NCBI RefSeq assembly: GCF_000007985.2
Contig: NC_002939.5
Span: forward strand, 570,001 to 602,000
Length of the DNA: 32,000 bases
Reading direction: 5' to 3'
From: Geobacter sulfurreducens PCA
GTDB taxonomy: Bacteria; Desulfobacterota; Desulfuromonadia; Geobacterales; Geobacteraceae
How positions within the stretch are numbered: the stretch's first letter is position 1; the number at the start of each line of letters is the position of its first letter. A model generated the notes under the pieces. That model was not told where the DNA came from and ran no database searches. It saw only the letters and a program-made list of their open reading frames with translations. Below are positions 25,481-32,000 of this stretch, piece by piece. The translations under genes and the position numbers were made by a program.

Positions 25481-26704
25481 ATGAGCGCATGGGAAAAATT
25501 CAAAAATAAATTCGGCAAGATCAGAACCCACCTCACAAGCTTGGATGATCAGCCATTAGGTAAAGCTGCGCTTGTAATCATTATTTTCCTGGATGTTTTC
25601 ATCCTTGTTTCCATTTTTAACGGACTCGAAGCACACACTAGGCAGCTTTCATCCCCTGACGACTACATCCCTAATGCCTGCCGTGAGATCATAGTCAATC
25701 GCCAATGGAATCCTACTAACCGGATTGACAACATTTCGCAAATCATCATTGCTTCAAGCACAACCTATTACCGGGGCGAGGAAAGGAAACGCGAACAGCA
25801 TCCTGTCTGTGTGCCCTATAGTGATCTTGTTGACCAAATCAAAAGCGATAAGGTGCTTGTCGGCATCTTCGAAGAGCGGAGTAAGGCTGAACGTGAGGCA
25901 CGCGAGCTACAAAGAGAAATTGACAATCTGAAAGGAGCTTACGATACGTCCCTGCTCGAAACCATTGCGAAAAAGCAGGAAAGTCAAACCAAAGTAGCCG
26001 CGATAAAGGAAGATTTTCTAAAGAAGAGTGCTGCCCTTGATACGTTGAAAGCAAAAATTGCATCTTTGGAACAGTCGATTAACGGTGACCCGAAAATAAA
26101 GCTTCTCTGGGAAAAACTGCAAACCTTGCAAGAGCAGGACAGACAAAAACTGCTATCCGACCTGCGAACGATAAATTTCTGGTACCCAGTTAAAAGACTT
26201 GGAATGCAGTTGATGTTCCTGATTCCGCTTTTCATTGCTTTTTACCTCTGGAACAGCACAAGCATAAGGAAAAGCCGGGGAATACAGACTCTCGTATCTT
26301 CGCACCTTCTTGGCGTATCATGTATTCCGATCCTTTTTAAAATCACCGAAGCTGTCTATGACATAATTCCTAAAAAACTGTTGAAGCAACTGATTGATTT
26401 CTTGGAATCATTTAAGCTCATAGCATTATGGCACTACATTGTAATTGCTATCTCGGTGGGTGTTTCACTTCTTTTAATATACATCATTCAGAAAAAGCTT
26501 TTCTCCAGTGAAAGAATCGGCAGAATAATTGAGCGCCGGATTTCCAATGGAGACTGCCAACAATGTGGAAAGCATTTGCCAAGCGGGTCATCAGCTTGTC
26601 CTTTCTGTGGTTTTGGCCAGTATAAGCTATGCAGCCATTGCCAGAAGCAGATGCATGTATATGGCAAATTTTGCCGAGAATGTGGCCAGAAGGCGACTGA
26701 CTGA
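25481..26704 (+). CDS. Hypothetical multi-pass membrane protein with a coiled coil and a C-terminal double zinc ribbon
   Basis: 407 aa. TM1 reads AALVIIIFLDVFILVSIF. A roughly 90-aa coiled coil spans KAEREARELQREIDNLK...LQTLQEQDRQKLL. Three further hydrophobic segments follow. The C-terminus has four CxxC pairs (CQQC...CPFC...CSHC...CREC). I recognise no family. Confidence 0.65.
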   Translation: MSAWEKFKNKFGKIRTHLTSLDDQPLGKAALVIIIFLDVFILVSIFNGLEAHTRQLSSPDDYIPNACREIIVNRQWNPTNRIDNISQIIIASSTTYYRGEERKREQHPVCVPYSDLVDQIKSDKVLVGIFEERSKAEREARELQREIDNLKGAYDTSLLETIAKKQESQTKVAAIKEDFLKKSAALDTLKAKIASLEQSINGDPKIKLLWEKLQTLQEQDRQKLLSDLRTINFWYPVKRLGMQLMFLIPLFIAFYLWNSTSIRKSRGIQTLVSSHLLGVSCIPILFKITEAVYDIIPKKLLKQLIDFLESFKLIALWHYIVIAISVGVSLLLIYIIQKKLFSSERIGRIIERRISNGDCQQCGKHLPSGSSACPFCGFGQYKLCSHCQKQMHVYGKFCRECGQKATD

Positions 26705-26716
26705 CGCGAAGCCAAG

Positions 26717-26782
26717 GCACAACGAGGCGGCACTCAGTCGGCGCGATAAACCTGCACCAGGTCACCGGCCGCCCCGTTGATT
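26717..26782 (+). repeat. attC-like site (66 bp) at the right edge of the AT-rich block
   Basis: Layout: GCACAAC, GA, GGCGGCAC, centre, GGCCGCCCC, GTTGATT. The left arm CAACGAGGCGGCAC is homologous to the sites at 20559 and 24118. It starts 13 nt after the stop of the last cassette gene. The composition switches to high GC immediately afterwards. Confidence 0.5.
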
Positions 26783-26822
26783 GTTACAGAACCAACCGCA
26801 CCCCTCATCCCCAGGAGCCCCC

Positions 26823-27314
26823 ATGCCAATCCGCATCCTCCTCCCCATCGTCACCCTGCTGCTGACCTGTTCCCTTGCTGGAGCCGAGATGTATAAGTGG
26901 GTGGACGAGCACGGGGTGGTGACGTTCAAGGACACGCCTCCGCCGGCAACGAAGAAGGGGAAAAAGGTGAAGGTCTACACCGACGGCGATTTCGCGCCGG
27001 CGCCGTCTCCGCAACCGGCGGCTCCGCGCAGGGCTACGTCGGCACCGCAGCCCGCACCGCCCGTGAAGCAGCGCTTCACCGGCACGGTTGAGCTGTACGT
27101 GACCGACTGGTGCGGTTACTGCAAGCGGGCGGAGAGGTACCTGCAGAGCAAGGGCGTTTCCTATGTGGCCTACGACATCGAAAAGGACAGCGCCGCCATG
27201 CAGCGGCACAAGGATCTGGGGGGCCGGGGTGTGCCGCTGATCGTGGTGGGCTCTCACAAGATTTCCGGGTTTTCGCCCGAGACGATCGATTATTATCTGG
27301 AGAACGGCCGGTAA
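26823..27314 (+). CDS. DUF4124-glutaredoxin fusion protein (secreted)
   Basis: Signal peptide MPIRILLPIVTLLLTCSLAGA. DUF4124 string MYKWVDEHGVVTFKDTPP. A Pro/Ala linker follows. The glutaredoxin region reads VELYVTDWCGYCKRAERYL...GVPLIVVG. The start was placed at the ATG at 26823. Confidence 0.8.
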   Translation: MPIRILLPIVTLLLTCSLAGAEMYKWVDEHGVVTFKDTPPPATKKGKKVKVYTDGDFAPAPSPQPAAPRRATSAPQPAPPVKQRFTGTVELYVTDWCGYCKRAERYLQSKGVSYVAYDIEKDSAAMQRHKDLGGRGVPLIVVGSHKISGFSPETIDYYLENGR

Positions 27315-27356
27315 GGCCATTGCCCGCAGCCGTCTCCGTTACGACAGGAGCATGAC

Positions 27357-27932
27357 ATGATCCAACGATGCGAATGGTGCGGCACCGATCCCCTCTACGT
27401 GGCCTACCACGACGGGGAATGGGGCGTGCCCGCCCACGATGACCGGCACCTCTTCGAGATGCTGATCCTGGAGGGGGCCCAGGCGGGGCTTTCATGGCTG
27501 ACGATCCTGCGCAAGCGCGAGGCGTACCGCCGGGCATTCGCCGGGTTCGACGCGGAAACGGTGGCCGCCTGGTCCGAGGCCGACGTGGCGCGGCTGCTGG
27601 CCGATCCGGGGATCGTGCGCAACCGGCTCAAGATCGAGTCGACCATCAGGAATGCCCGGGGCGTGCTGAAGATCCGGGAGGAGTTCGGCTCTCTCGATGC
27701 CTACCTGTGGCGGTTCGTGGACCATGCGCCCCGGCACAATGCCTGGCGCAGCCTGACCGATATCCCGGCCCGGACGGAGCAGTCCGATGCCATGAGCAAG
27801 GACCTGAAGCGGCGGGGCTTCAATTTCGTGGGGTCGACCATTTGCTACGCGTTCATGCAGGCGGTGGGGATGGTGAACGACCATGTGGTCCACTGCTTTC
27901 GGCACGACGAGATCAGGCGGAGCGGGGGATGA
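27357..27932 (+). CDS. tag: DNA-3-methyladenine glycosylase I
   Basis: RCEWCGTDPLYVAYHDGEWGVPAHDDRHLFEMLILEGAQAGLSWLTILRKREAYRRAF...GIVRNRLKI is the canonical Tag pattern. Confidence 0.92.
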   Translation: MIQRCEWCGTDPLYVAYHDGEWGVPAHDDRHLFEMLILEGAQAGLSWLTILRKREAYRRAFAGFDAETVAAWSEADVARLLADPGIVRNRLKIESTIRNARGVLKIREEFGSLDAYLWRFVDHAPRHNAWRSLTDIPARTEQSDAMSKDLKRRGFNFVGSTICYAFMQAVGMVNDHVVHCFRHDEIRRSGG

Positions 27933-28330
27933 CGTCTTCCATCCTCAAGGCATGCGCCATCTGGCTCCTGTTCATCCCGCTGGGAATCGTGAACGGCGTT
28001 GTGCGTGAAAAGGTCCTGAACCCGCTGGTGGGGGCGCAGGTGGCGCTGCCGCTGAGCGGCGTCACCCTCGGCGCCCTGATCGTTGCCGTTGCCACGCTCC
28101 TGATCCCGCTGGCGGGAGGGCTCACCCCTTCGCGCTGCCGGCTGATCGGCGGGATATGGCTGGTGTTGACTGTCTTTTTCGAGTTTTTCTTCGGCCGCGT
28201 CGTCATGGGGCACCCCTGGGCGAAGCTGCTGGAGGCCTATGACCCGCGGGGCGGGAACCTCTGGGTGGCGGTGCTGCTGGTGATCGCGGCGGCCCCGTAC
28301 TTGGCGGCCCGGTTGCGGGGGCTGGTGTAG
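27929..28330 (+). CDS. Small integral membrane protein (133 aa)
   Basis: The ATG at 27929 overlaps the tag stop (ATGA). There are four hydrophobic segments. The upstream part of the track ORF (27494-) lies inside tag in another frame and was rejected. Confidence 0.6.
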   Translation: MTSSILKACAIWLLFIPLGIVNGVVREKVLNPLVGAQVALPLSGVTLGALIVAVATLLIPLAGGLTPSRCRLIGGIWLVLTVFFEFFFGRVVMGHPWAKLLEAYDPRGGNLWVAVLLVIAAAPYLAARLRGLV

Positions 28331-28369
28331 CGGGGGCCACGGGCTCCACGAATCAAGGGAGGCTACGGA

Positions 28370-28918
28370 ATGAAACGCGCACTGCTGGTTATCGACGTCC
28401 AGAACGAATATTTCACCGGCGCCCTGCCGGTCAGCTATCCGGAGGGGAGCTTCCCCAACATCCTGGCGGCCATGGATACTGCCACGGCCAACGGGATTCC
28501 GGTGGTGGTGGTCCGCCATGCGTCTCGGCGGCCCGATTCGGCTACGTTCCGGCCGGGCTCTCCCGGGTGGGAGCTGCACCCCGAGGTGGCGCGGCGGCCC
28601 TTCGATCTGCTGCTGGAAAAGAACCTGCCCGGCAGCTTCACGGATACGAACCTGGAGGCCTGGCTCAGGGAGCGGGGGATCGACACCCTGGTCATCAGCG
28701 GCTACATGACCCAGATGTGCTGCGATACCACCTCTCGCCAGGCGTTTCACCGGGGCTTTGCCGTGGAGTTTCTCGCCGACGCCACCGGCACCCTGGCCTT
28801 TGCTAACAGCGCGGGCGCGGTCACTGCCGAGGAGCTGCACCGGGCGGTGCTCGTGACCCAGCAACTGATGTTCGCCACGGTGATGACCACCGGGGAATGG
28901 ATCGGCTCGTTCCGCTGA
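28370..28918 (+). CDS. Isochorismatase-family cysteine hydrolase
   Basis: Contains [25 protein letters not shown], and [16 protein letters not shown] with the catalytic Cys context. Confidence 0.85.
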   Translation: MKRALLVIDVQNEYFTGALPVSYPEGSFPNILAAMDTATANGIPVVVVRHASRRPDSATFRPGSPGWELHPEVARRPFDLLLEKNLPGSFTDTNLEAWLRERGIDTLVISGYMTQMCCDTTSRQAFHRGFAVEFLADATGTLAFANSAGAVTAEELHRAVLVTQQLMFATVMTTGEWIGSFR

Positions 28919-28958
28919 AGCTGCCACCTCGTCCTGCCGGAGCAAAGGAGAACGAACC

Positions 28959-29564
28959 ATGTCCGATGTCACGAACACGTGGAATGAACGATACGATACT
29001 GAGGAATTCGTCTACGGCCGGGAGCCCAACGCCTTCCTGGCCGGAGTGAGCGCAATGATGCCGCCGGGGGATGTCCTCTGTCTGGCCGAGGGGGAGGGGC
29101 GGAACGCGGTCTTCCTGGCGCGGCAGGGTCACCGGGTGCTGGCGGTGGATGCCTCCGCCGTGGGGCTGTCCAAGGCGGCGCGGCTGGCTGAGGAGCACGG
29201 GGTGCGGATCGAGACCCTGACCACCGACCTGGCCGACCTGGTTATCGAACCGGGGCGCTGGGACGCCATTGTCTCCATCTTCTGCCACGTGCCGCCCCCT
29301 GTCCGGCGGGTTCTGCACCGGCAGGCAGTGGCGGGGCTCCGTCCGGGCGGGCTCTTCGTGCTGGAGGCGTACACCCCGGCGCAGCTGGAGCTCCGGACCG
29401 GCGGCCCCCCCACGGTCGAGCTGCTGATGACCCTGGCCGATCTGCGGGAGGAACTGGCGGGCCTCGAATTCCTGCAGGCCCGGGAAATCGAGCGGGACGT
29501 GGTGGAAGGGCGGCTCCACACGGGCCGGGGCGCCGTGGTGCAGATCGTGGCGCGCAAGCCGTGA
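28959..29564 (+). CDS. Class I SAM-dependent methyltransferase
   Basis: Motif I is VLCLAEGEGRNAVFLARQGHRVLAVDAS. The size is about 200 aa. Confidence 0.8.
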   Translation: MSDVTNTWNERYDTEEFVYGREPNAFLAGVSAMMPPGDVLCLAEGEGRNAVFLARQGHRVLAVDASAVGLSKAARLAEEHGVRIETLTTDLADLVIEPGRWDAIVSIFCHVPPPVRRVLHRQAVAGLRPGGLFVLEAYTPAQLELRTGGPPTVELLMTLADLREELAGLEFLQAREIERDVVEGRLHTGRGAVVQIVARKP

Positions 29565-29578
29565 GGGGGCCGGATTCC

Positions 29579-30061
29579 ATGCGCATCACCCTTATCGCGG
29601 CCATGGCCGAAAACCGCGTCATCGGCAACCGGGGGGCCATCCCCTGGCACCTGCCGGACGACCTGGCCCGCTTCAGGGCCATCACCCTGGGGCACCCGGT
29701 CCTCATGGGGCGCAGGACCTTCGAGTCCATCGGTCGGCCGCTGCCGGGGCGGCTGAACATCGTCCTTTCCCATCGGGAAGGCTATGCCCCGCCGGGGTGC
29801 TTGGTGGCCCGGGACCTGGCCGCGGCGCTGGAGCTGGCCCGGGACGCGGCGGAGCTCTTTGTCTGCGGCGGCGGCGAGCTCTACCGGGAAGCGCTGCCCC
29901 TGGCCGACCGGATTCTTCTCACTCTGGTGCAGGGGGAATTTCCCGGCGACGTCACCTTTCCGGAGGTTCCGGCTGATTTCGTGGAAACGGCGCGGGAGGA
30001 GGGGGTAGGGGGGCCGGCCCACCTGTTCCTGACCTATGAGCGGAGGAAAGAGGCCCCATGA
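29579..30061 (+). CDS. folA: Dihydrofolate reductase
   Basis: MRITLIAAMAENRVIGNRGAIPWHLPDDLARFRAITLGHPVLMGRRTFESIGRPLPGRLNIVLS is the canonical FolA N-terminus. The ATG at 29579 was chosen over the upstream GTG. Confidence 0.92.
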   Translation: MRITLIAAMAENRVIGNRGAIPWHLPDDLARFRAITLGHPVLMGRRTFESIGRPLPGRLNIVLSHREGYAPPGCLVARDLAAALELARDAAELFVCGGGELYREALPLADRILLTLVQGEFPGDVTFPEVPADFVETAREEGVGGPAHLFLTYERRKEAP

Positions 30062-31206
30062 GCACCGAACCACGCAGGTTCTCCGTCTTCCTCGTCCCCG
30101 CGGCCGGGGACCGCCGGTGGGCGGATGGAGTGATCCACGAGCTGGCCGACCGCTACGATACGCTCCCCTTCGAGCCCCACGTGACGGTCTACGGCGGCGC
30201 GTTCAGCAACGATGCCGAACTGGAGCCGGTACGGCGGGCCCTAGCGGATGCTGCGGCCGGGACGGGTCAGATCACCCTGCCGGTGGCCGGGCTCGGCGTG
30301 ACCGAGGAATACTTCCGGTCGCTGTTCGTAGCGTTCGGAGAAGACCCGGCGCTCCGGCGGCTCCACGAGGCAGTGAAAGGTGCGGTGGCGCAGGACCCGG
30401 GCTACGTGCTCGTTCCGCATCTCTCGCTCCTCTATGCCGATCTGCCCCTGGCGGCCAAGGAGGCTGCCGCCCGCACGGTGGCCCTGGACCGGCGGGAGAT
30501 CCGCTTCGACCAGGTGAAGATCGTGGTCCCCGATCCAGTCACCGGCTGGAGCGACGCCCGGCGCTGGCAGACCCTCTTCCGGTTGCGGCTGGGGGCACCG
30601 GCGGAGAAGGTTACGACGGTTATTTTCGACTATGGCGGGGTGCTGGCCGAGGAGGGATTCCGGGAGGGGCTGTTCGAGCTTGCCCGGCGCCAGGGGCTCG
30701 ACCCCGTTGCGGTGCACGGTGCCGGCATGGAGGCGGTCTACGCCAGCGGCTACGTGCTGGGTAAGGGAAGCCAGTCGGCATTCTGGCAGTCGCTGCGGGA
30801 GCGGACCGGTCTGCGGGGGAGCGACCGGGAGCTGTCGAACCTGATCCTCGACCGCTTCGTGCTCCGGCCCCGGATGATGGAGGCCGTCCGCGCCCTGAGG
30901 GCGCAGGGGTACCGGACCGTCATCCTCAGCGACCAGACCGACTGGCTCGAGTGGCTCGACCGGCGCGACGGCTTTTTCCGGGAGTTCGAACGGGTCTTCA
31001 ACAGCTACCGGCTGGGCAAGGGGAAGCGGGACCCTTCGGTGTTCGACGACGTGGCGCGGGAGCTGGGCATCGCCCCCGGCGAGGCGCTCTTTGTGGACGA
31101 CATGCTCGCCAACGTGGTGCGGGCCGAAAGCCGGGGGATGCGGGGCATCCTGTTCGAGGACGAGCCACGGTTCGAGCGGGACCTGAAACGGTACACGGAG
31201 GTGTAG
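30058..31206 (+). CDS. Fusion protein: 2H-phosphoesterase (LigT/cyclic phosphodiesterase-like) N-domain plus HAD-family hydrolase C-domain
   Basis: The start overlaps the folA stop (ATGA). Two HxT/S motifs, FEPHVTVYG and VPHLSLLYA, define a 2H fold. The C-terminal half has HAD motifs: VIFDYGGVLA, ILSDQT, K...D, and FVDDM. Confidence 0.7.
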   Translation: MSTEPRRFSVFLVPAAGDRRWADGVIHELADRYDTLPFEPHVTVYGGAFSNDAELEPVRRALADAAAGTGQITLPVAGLGVTEEYFRSLFVAFGEDPALRRLHEAVKGAVAQDPGYVLVPHLSLLYADLPLAAKEAAARTVALDRREIRFDQVKIVVPDPVTGWSDARRWQTLFRLRLGAPAEKVTTVIFDYGGVLAEEGFREGLFELARRQGLDPVAVHGAGMEAVYASGYVLGKGSQSAFWQSLRERTGLRGSDRELSNLILDRFVLRPRMMEAVRALRAQGYRTVILSDQTDWLEWLDRRDGFFREFERVFNSYRLGKGKRDPSVFDDVARELGIAPGEALFVDDMLANVVRAESRGMRGILFEDEPRFERDLKRYTEV

Positions 31207-31207
31207 C

Positions 31208-32000
31208 ATGCGCGCCATGCTGTTCGAGGAGGTGGGAAAACCGCTGCGGCCGGTCCGGGTGCCGGTCCCCGAACCGGGGCCGGGCGAGGTGCTGCTCAAG
31301 GTTCACGCCTGCGGTATCTGCCGGACGGATGTTCACATCGTGGACGGCGAGCTGACGGAGCCCGCCCTGCCGCTCATCCCCGGCCACCAGATCGTGGGGA
31401 GCGTGGCAAAGCTGGGGGAGGGGGTCGAGCGTTTCCGGGAGGGGACGCGGGTGGGGGTCCCCTGGCTCGGCGCCACCTGCGGCGCCTGCCGCTACTGCCG
31501 GTCGGGACGGGAAAACCTGTGCGACCACGCCCGGTTCACCGGGTATCAGCGCGACGGCGGCTTTGCCGAGTTCACCGTTGCCGATGCCCGCTTCTGCTTT
31601 CCGATCCCCGGGGGATACCCGGACCTCCAGGCGGCGCCGCTGCTCTGCGCCGGGCTCATCGGCTACCGCTCCCTGGTCATGGCCGGTGAGGGGGAACGGC
31701 TGGGCATTTATGGCTTCGGCGCCGCGGCCCACATCGTGACCCAGGTGGCCCGCTTCCGGGGATGGCGGGTCTACGCCTTCACCCGTCCCGACGACCGTGC
31801 CGGCCAGGCCTTTGCCCGGGAGATGGGAGCGGTCTGGGCCGGGGCCTCCCACGAGCGGCCGCCCGAGGAGCTTGACGCCGCCATCATCTTCGCGCCCGCC
31901 GGAGAGCTGGTGCCGGCGGCGCTGCGGGCGGTGGGCAAGGGGGGCGTCGTGGTCTGCGGCGGCATCCACATGAGCGACATCCCGCCGATCCCCTACGATA
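31208..32000 (+). CDS. Zinc-dependent alcohol dehydrogenase, 3'-truncated by the window edge
   Basis: The ATG at 31208 lies 1 nt after the previous stop, and the frame is open to the window end. Contains GEVLLKVHACGICRTDVHIVDGE, PGHQIVG, and the structural Zn cluster CGACRYCRSGRENLC. It is not in the supplied ORF track because it has no stop codon within the window. Confidence 0.85.
   Translation, partial: MRAMLFEEVGKPLRPVRVPVPEPGPGEVLLKVHACGICRTDVHIVDGELTEPALPLIPGHQIVGSVAKLGEGVERFREGTRVGVPWLGATCGACRYCRSGRENLCDHARFTGYQRDGGFAEFTVADARFCFPIPGGYPDLQAAPLLCAGLIGYRSLVMAGEGERLGIYGFGAAAHIVTQVARFRGWRVYAFTRPDDRAGQAFAREMGAVWAGASHERPPEELDAAIIFAPAGELVPAALRAVGKGGVVVCGGIHMSDIPPIPYD

Noticed and set aside
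13000-27000. An integron integrase, another tyrosine or serine recombinase, or a tRNA gene marking the island borders
   Set aside because: None was found on either strand. The only recombinase-type genes are the DDE transposases of the two IS elements, which explain the gene disruptions but not the acquisition of the block.
1-32000. CRISPR arrays, rRNA or tRNA genes, tandem repeats
   Set aside because: I scanned the intergenic regions on both strands. There are no regularly spaced direct repeats, no cloverleaf-like segments and no rRNA-like sequence.

Overview
High-GC chromosomal DNA, Geobacter/Desulfuromonadales-like by inference from composition and gene content. It is interrupted at about 13.8-26.8 kb by a visibly AT-richer block: the 60-nt line at 22441 has 25 G+C, the line at 10021 has 48. 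The flanks hold ordinary housekeeping genes. On the left: GGDEF-EAL, Hsp20, DUF4177-polA, a GGDEF protein, Slp, an O-methyltransferase, an EamA transporter, a GGQ-domain protein coupled to mutS2, a B12/radical-SAM enzyme and a methyltransferase. On the right: DUF4124-glutaredoxin, tag, an isochorismatase-family hydrolase, a methyltransferase, folA, a 2H-phosphoesterase/HAD fusion and a Zn-ADH. All genes in the AT-richer block are on the + strand, and most are followed by a 58-66 bp imperfect palindrome framed by RYYYAAC ... GTTRRRY-like boxes, which looks like integron attC sites. No tyrosine recombinase (intI) or tRNA is present in the window. I therefore read the block as an integron-type cassette array lacking an integrase (CALIN-like). 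Its cargo in order: a TumE/DUF6516-like plus HTH toxin-antitoxin pair with its own promoter and operator; a 512-aa UG/Abi-type reverse transcriptase; a SPARTA operon (TIR-APAZ plus short pAgo); a KAP-family P-loop NTPase; a RibD_C/DHFR-like protein; and two uncharacterised membrane proteins, one with a coiled coil and a double zinc ribbon. The pAgo gene is split by an IS3-family element flanked by a 14-15 bp direct repeat. The KAP NTPase is split by an IS5-family element with a TTAG duplication. Both reading frames can be rejoined exactly by eye. Leads most worth following: the cassette-array architecture, the reverse transcriptase sitting 76 nt upstream of SPARTA on the same strand, and the uncharacterised terminal cassettes. 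No rRNA, tRNA or CRISPR array was seen. All family assignments come from motif recognition by eye, not from searches.
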